A stretch of 45,754 nucleotides of DNA, taken from positions 1 to 45,754 of IMG/VR virus record IMGVR_UViG_3300036856_000017. The stretch is one strand, 5' to 3'. The notes under the pieces were generated by a model. It was given only the letters and a program-made list of their open reading frames with translations, was not told where the DNA came from and did no database searches. This DNA comes from a virus. Lineage: Duplodnaviria; Caudoviricetes. The position numbers were made by a program, and so were the translations under genes. Position 1 is the stretch's first letter; the number at the start of each line of letters is the position of its first letter. Below are positions 41,627 to 45,754 of this stretch, in pieces.

Positions 41627-43001
41627 TGCCGCCATCACCTCCGTCCTCGATGTCCTCGCTGTCGTCCGCGGGCGGCAGCACAGGGGTATCCGGCGTCGGG
41701 GAGCTGCCCGGCGGCTGAAGCTGGACCGAGGTAAGACCGGAGTGCTTCAGCATCCCCCAGTCGTTGTTCTGGACGGCCTTCACCGCCGATTCCGGGGTGA
41801 AGCCGTCCTTTATCAAGCCGCCGATCGTCGCGGCCTCCTGCGTCTGGATGGTGGCGATGTCGCCCTCGTCCTGGCGCATGAACGGCACCCGCGTGTCCGG
41901 CCACAGGTTCGCGCCCGCCGGCATGTTGACCACGGACTCGAGGGCCGAGGCCGCGGCACGCCACAGGTGCCAGATCGTGCCGTCCGAAAACCGGCGCCGG
42001 GCCGAGTTGAAGTTCCCGGCATTCAGGGCGCTGCCCTGCAGCCCCTCGGAGAAGCCCACCCATGACGGAGGGACGCCCGCCGCGGCGGCGAGGCGCGATT
42101 CGGCCTTGCCCTGGATCGCCGCATACTCCATATCCCTGAACGACGAGCCGACCGTCGTGACATCCGCGCCGCCGCCGAGGAACAGCGTCTTCCACGCGTT
42201 GAAGGCTCCGCGGTGCTCCTCCTCCATCAGCTCCTTGAACGCCTTCACCCGCGTGATATCAAGGCTGGCGTCGAACTTGATGGCCATGTTCGGTGTCGCG
42301 GCGTTCGCGTAGAAGCGCGTCTTGTGCTCGGTGGCGAGCGAGTCGCCCTCCAGCTCCTTGATTACCGGCGTAATCCAGCTCTGGCCGAGGAAGTGATAGA
42401 ACGGGTCGGGAATCGGCGCGTAGTGCGCGACCGAGCCCGGGTCGTAAAACGTCGGGCGGCTCGACGGCGGCGTGTACAGGTAGCCCGCGACCGTGCAGTC
42501 CGGCGCGTCGGCCGGGGACTCGGCATCGGTCTCGGAACCGAGGATGATCGTGATGAACTCCGGCCGCAGCCGCGACAGCGTGTCCGGCCGCGTCCGGATG
42601 ATGTAGCTGTTGCCCGCGAGGCTGCCATCGACCTCCATCACCGACAGCAGCCGGACCGTGGACCCGTTCACCCACGGCTTCTCCAGGATCTGGAGATCGG
42701 CCGTGCCGAACAGGTCGCCGGGCATGGATCCGGTCATCCGGGTGAACTGGAAAGCCACCTGGCTGAACACCTGCAGCCGCGCCTGTATCAGCGCGAAGAT
42801 CGGGCCCGACTCCTTGTAGGCGCCGACAGCCGACAGTGCCACCCGCTCGCGGTCGACGCTGCCCAGCGTCGTCTGGACGACCGGATAGGCGAGGCCGCCG
42901 AAGTTGAAGAAGTTCGCGTAGTCGTTGATCGACAGCGACGACTCCGACCGCCGCGACAGCGCCGCCGACGCCCTGGCGCTAACCCGCTCAGGCAGGCCCA
43001 C
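41619..43001 (-). CDS. Portal protein (HK97 family)
   Basis: LAGNSY, FYANAATP, FLGGGAD, AAAGVPP..VG; position between terL and the protease. Confidence 0.9.
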   Translation of the reverse strand: MGLPERVSARASAALSRRSESSLSINDYANFFNFGGLAYPVVQTTLGSVDRERVALSAVGAYKESGPIFALIQARLQVFSQVAFQFTRMTGSMPGDLFGTADLQILEKPWVNGSTVRLLSVMEVDGSLAGNSYIIRTRPDTLSRLRPEFITIILGSETDAESPADAPDCTVAGYLYTPPSSRPTFYDPGSVAHYAPIPDPFYHFLGQSWITPVIKELEGDSLATEHKTRFYANAATPNMAIKFDASLDITRVKAFKELMEEEHRGAFNAWKTLFLGGGADVTTVGSSFRDMEYAAIQGKAESRLAAAAGVPPSWVGFSEGLQGSALNAGNFNSARRRFSDGTIWHLWRAAASALESVVNMPAGANLWPDTRVPFMRQDEGDIATIQTQEAATIGGLIKDGFTPESAVKAVQNNDWGMLKHSGLTSVQLQPPGSSPTPDTPVLPPADDSEDIEDGGDGGNE

Positions 43002-43209
43002 GGGCATCCTTGCGGGCCGAATTCCAGCCCTCGGCCAGCGCGAACACGCACCATACGGCCATGAACCACAGGATGCGGACGATCTTGAACGCAAGCCAGC
43101 CGAGGCCGAACAGCAGCCCGGCGATCAGCGCCACAGCGACAGCGAGGGGATTCGCCTGCCGGGCCCGCTCCGTGATGCGGCCGACCGGGACCGCGTCCAG
43201 CACCGTCAT
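42988..43209 (-). CDS. Small membrane protein upstream of portal
   Basis: Long hydrophobic stretch; ATGA coupling. Confidence 0.75.
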   Translation of the reverse strand: MTVLDAVPVGRITERARQANPLAVAVALIAGLLFGLGWLAFKIVRILWFMAVWCVFALAEGWNSARKDARGPA

Positions 43210-43361
43210 GACGCCTTCTCCGGGACCGGGAGCTTGATGGGACCGGCAGGCCAGTGCACCACAGGCAGTGACGGCCGGTCATCGCCCCTGTGCACCAGCT
43301 GCACGGCGGCCGGGTAGCTGCCGGGCTGCCAGTTCCCGGAGGTTCCCTCGGCAAGCGCCAT
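43206..43361 (-). CDS. 51-aa protein resembling the predicted mature N-terminus of the capsid protein
   Basis: TGATG at start and ATGA at stop; MALAEGTSGNWQPGSYPAAVQL. Confidence 0.65.
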   Translation of the reverse strand: MALAEGTSGNWQPGSYPAAVQLVHRGDDRPSLPVVHWPAGPIKLPVPEKAS

Positions 43362-43678
43362 CAGGCACGCTCCGGCCAGTGCCAGGTGCCGCCGCCGTAC
43401 GACCTCTGCCCGCACAGGACAGCGATGCCGGACGCCGTTTCGGTAGCGCCCTCATGTGGCAGCGTGTGATTCACGCCGCCGTCGTACGGGTTGGTGCGGT
43501 TGAAGAACATCCCGGTCGGGTTGAGCACGCAGAGGCCGATGGTCTGCGGATTCTCGACGTTCTCCGGGACTTCGGTGACGATCGCGGCACGGCACTCCTT
43601 GCCGTACTCGCCGCCCGGCGTGCCGTAGCTGACGTAGTGGACGATCCGGCCCACTGAAGGCTTCTGCATACGATCCAC
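43361..43678 (-). CDS. Hypothetical phage protein (PSVGRIVHYV...RAAIVTEV...GTWHWPE)
   Basis: Motif familiar from actinophages; AAGGAG RBS. Confidence 0.8.
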   Translation of the reverse strand: MDRMQKPSVGRIVHYVSYGTPGGEYGKECRAAIVTEVPENVENPQTIGLCVLNPTGMFFNRTNPYDGGVNHTLPHEGATETASGIAVLCGQRSYGGGTWHWPERA

Positions 43679-43681
43679 TCC

Positions 43682-45265
43682 TTATCGTCCGAACATCACG
43701 AACGGGTCGGCCACGGTGCTGCCGTGCTCTATCGCCCACGCCCGCGCCTCATGCGCCAGCACACCGGCTACTGATCCGTCAATCAGCAGCCCGTCGCCGC
43801 GCTTGGCCAGCTTCAGGTAATGCGTGGCGAGGGAGTAGTCCTCGCCCGGCCGCGGCTTCTTCCTGCCACCCTTGACCACCACGGCGTTCCGGAAGTGCGT
43901 GCTCAGCTTCGGCGAGCCGCCGTGCGTGATCTCCAGGTTCCCGAACGCCGTGCTGAACCGCTCAATCGAGCCGTCCATCCGCTGTTCCTGGTTGGTCGGC
44001 CACTCGACCACGCGATGCTCGCCGTACTTCGCCGCCCACGCGTCGAGGTAGTCCTGCCACCTGTAGGGGTCGCAGAACATCACCGTCACGTCGTAGGCGC
44101 CGAACGTCTCGGCGACCGTCCGGTCCACCTGCACCGACGGCACCCGCCAGTCGCGGGGCGCATCGGCCGGCCGTTCCCAGATGCCGATCTCGAACAGCCG
44201 CGCGTCCGATATGCGGGACGCGATCAACGCGGTCGCGTCCCGGTACTTGCTGCCGTCAAACCCGAGGGCGATCCGCTCACCCGGCGCCAGCACCTCGCCC
44301 GGCCGGGCTTGCAGGTCCCAGCGGACCGGGTCGACGAACGCGCTCTCGCCGGTCACGATCTCGTTCAGGAAGAACCGGCGGCGGTCCGCCTCCAGGTGCG
44401 CCGCCGAGCGGGCCTCGTGCATGATCCGGCCGCGCACGTTCACCCAGCCGCCGCGCTCGATAGCGCTGTCGCCGTACTGGCGGAGCAGTTCGCGGTACAG
44501 CGCCTCGTCGTCGGACAGGTCGTCTACGCGCTTCGGCTCCACGGTGTCGATGTAGACCCGCTCGTTCGCGCTGTCGGCCGTCACCTGCGCCTCGGAGCCC
44601 TCCGTCGGGTCCCACGCGTTCGTGAGCTCCAGCCAGCGGCCGTCCATGCCCGCGATGTTCCGCTTGACCGCTCCGGCCAATCGTCGGAAACCGCCCTGCA
44701 GCGTCCACAGGTGGCTCTCCGTCAGCGTGGCGAACGTCATCCGCTGGCCCAGCCGAGCCCTGGCCGAGGCCGTCACGGGCTCGATCGTGCCGCCGGATGG
44801 CAGCTTGACCCGCGTCTCGCCCGCGTCCATGCCCGGGAGGTTCACCAGCGGGCCCAGCCTGATCATGTCCAGGAGCGGCAGGTAGGTGTTGTCGGTCTGC
44901 TCCTCCGACGTCCCCAGGCACGGGATGTATGGCGTCGGGTACGGGGCGCCCACCGGTTCCCCTGCGGCATCCCAGCCGTCGAAGCGGGCGGGCCCCTGCG
45001 CCTCGGCGAGGATGATCGCGGCGCCGAACGGGTCCTTGCCCCACTTCTGAGAGCGGCGGAGCTGGCCGCCGTAGCAGAGCAGGCACTCCTGCGCCTGGTC
45101 GATGCGGTAGTACCGCAGCAGGAACCGCCACATCTCGTCCGTCAGCCGGTACTGCTCGCCGCGGCGGTAACCGTCCGGGATGACGACGTTCGCCTCGATC
45201 CACTCGCCGATGCCGTAGCCCAGCGTCGGGAACTCGCCGGGCTCAGACGGGCCGCGCCACGGCAT
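43682..45265 (-). CDS. terL: Terminase large subunit
   Basis: Start MPWRGP; RSQKWGKD Walker-A-like; LTESHLW; RRFFLN; LGFDGS..RDAT; IDG nuclease motifs. Confidence 0.93.
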   Translation of the reverse strand: MPWRGPSEPGEFPTLGYGIGEWIEANVVIPDGYRRGEQYRLTDEMWRFLLRYYRIDQAQECLLCYGGQLRRSQKWGKDPFGAAIILAEAQGPARFDGWDAAGEPVGAPYPTPYIPCLGTSEEQTDNTYLPLLDMIRLGPLVNLPGMDAGETRVKLPSGGTIEPVTASARARLGQRMTFATLTESHLWTLQGGFRRLAGAVKRNIAGMDGRWLELTNAWDPTEGSEAQVTADSANERVYIDTVEPKRVDDLSDDEALYRELLRQYGDSAIERGGWVNVRGRIMHEARSAAHLEADRRRFFLNEIVTGESAFVDPVRWDLQARPGEVLAPGERIALGFDGSKYRDATALIASRISDARLFEIGIWERPADAPRDWRVPSVQVDRTVAETFGAYDVTVMFCDPYRWQDYLDAWAAKYGEHRVVEWPTNQEQRMDGSIERFSTAFGNLEITHGGSPKLSTHFRNAVVVKGGRKKPRPGEDYSLATHYLKLAKRGDGLLIDGSVAGVLAHEARAWAIEHGSTVADPFVMFGR

Positions 45266-45666
45266 AAAACGGCCTTGATGCGCTTCCGGACGTCCGAAAC
45301 GGCCCGCTGCTCGGCCATTTCGTCGTCCACGATCTCCCACAGGAGCAGGCGCATGGCCTTCGGGGTCAATCCTAGCCTGTCCTCGAGTTGCCGGGCTTCC
45401 GCGAGGGCCTTCATCGGGGCGTCGCGCTTCTCCGCCTCGATCATCAGGCGGCAGTAGCGGGCCACGGTGCGCGTCCAGCCGAGTTTTTCCCACGCGACGG
45501 CCTGCGGAGTGCGCCAGAGACGCTCCCACGCGCCCCTTTCGGCCGCCGAACCGCGCCCGGAGAGCGGCCACGGCGGGATTTCGCCGCTCCGGCCCTCCGC
45601 GGGGAGCTTCACCGGTCCCGAGCGCGCGTTGCGGCGAGCGGGGTCGAACTTCGGGATCTGCGGCAC
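45142..45666 (-). CDS. terS: Terminase small subunit
   Basis: AGGAGG RBS; W..LWRTPQA.AW...EARQLEDRLGLTP; directly upstream of terL. Confidence 0.85.
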   Translation of the reverse strand: MPQIPKFDPARRNARSGPVKLPAEGRSGEIPPWPLSGRGSAAERGAWERLWRTPQAVAWEKLGWTRTVARYCRLMIEAEKRDAPMKALAEARQLEDRLGLTPKAMRLLLWEIVDDEMAEQRAVSDVRKRIKAVLCRGAARLSPASSRRWATASASGSRRTSSSRTVTAAASSTG

Positions 45667-45754
45667 GGGACCTCCTTTTGTTACGGAAAGTGACGAAAAT
45701 GGCTAGGGTGGTCACCCTAAGGAGCGTGGCGAAACGTACAAATTGCGAGTTAGG

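Larger units (their letters stand above)
1..45754 (-). mobile_element. Near-complete temperate actinobacterial siphovirus genome in the unintegrated (attP) configuration
   Basis: Full head, tail, lysis, integration and replication modules; no host housekeeping genes; HNH at one end and terS at the other, which become adjacent on circularisation. Confidence 0.93.

Noticed and set aside
37760-41734. 1324-aa plus-strand ORF and other long antisense ORFs (28166-30697, 43820-45457, 16077-18347, 13154-14515)
   Set aside because: They mirror real genes; high GC removes stops on the opposite strand; no motifs or RBS
45266-45715. 150-aa N-terminal extension of terL in the ORF track
   Set aside because: Overlaps terS in another frame and is low-complexity; MPWRGP at 45265 is the plausible start
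1-45754. CRISPR array, reverse transcriptase/DGR, stop-codon recoding, DNA polymerase, rRNA or tRNA genes
   Set aside because: None found by eye; core genes are intact under the standard code

Overview
The window reads as an essentially complete temperate siphovirus genome from a high-GC actinomycete, in reverse orientation, with an intact attP. The HNH gene at the left edge and terS at the right edge suggest the contig is opened at or near cos. Minus-strand virion operon, right to left: terS, terL, portal, an in-frame protease-major capsid fusion, two glycosyltransferases, head-tail genes, tail tube, a -1 frameshifted tail chaperone, tape measure, Dit/Tal-like and receptor-binding genes, then a multi-gene lysis region. 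The centre holds an XRE repressor, two HTH_17 genes, a tyrosine integrase and attP. The left arm has RecE/RecT-like recombination genes, RusA, a nuclease-replication initiator ORF with internal iterons and many coupled Cys/His-rich microproteins. The most striking feature is an actinomycete conjugative-element (AICE/plasmid-type) transfer module beside attP: GntR regulator, DUF2637/Spd-like membrane protein, TraB-type FtsK ATPase, candidate clt repeats and small ORFs. This suggests a phage that may also move by TraB conjugation. Other highlights are a 51-aa ORF that copies the predicted mature N-terminus of the capsid protein, GT-B and GT-A genes beside Pro/Ala/Thr-rich virion proteins, and a retroviral-type CCHC zinc knuckle. 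All family calls come from motif recognition by eye; no database searches were run.
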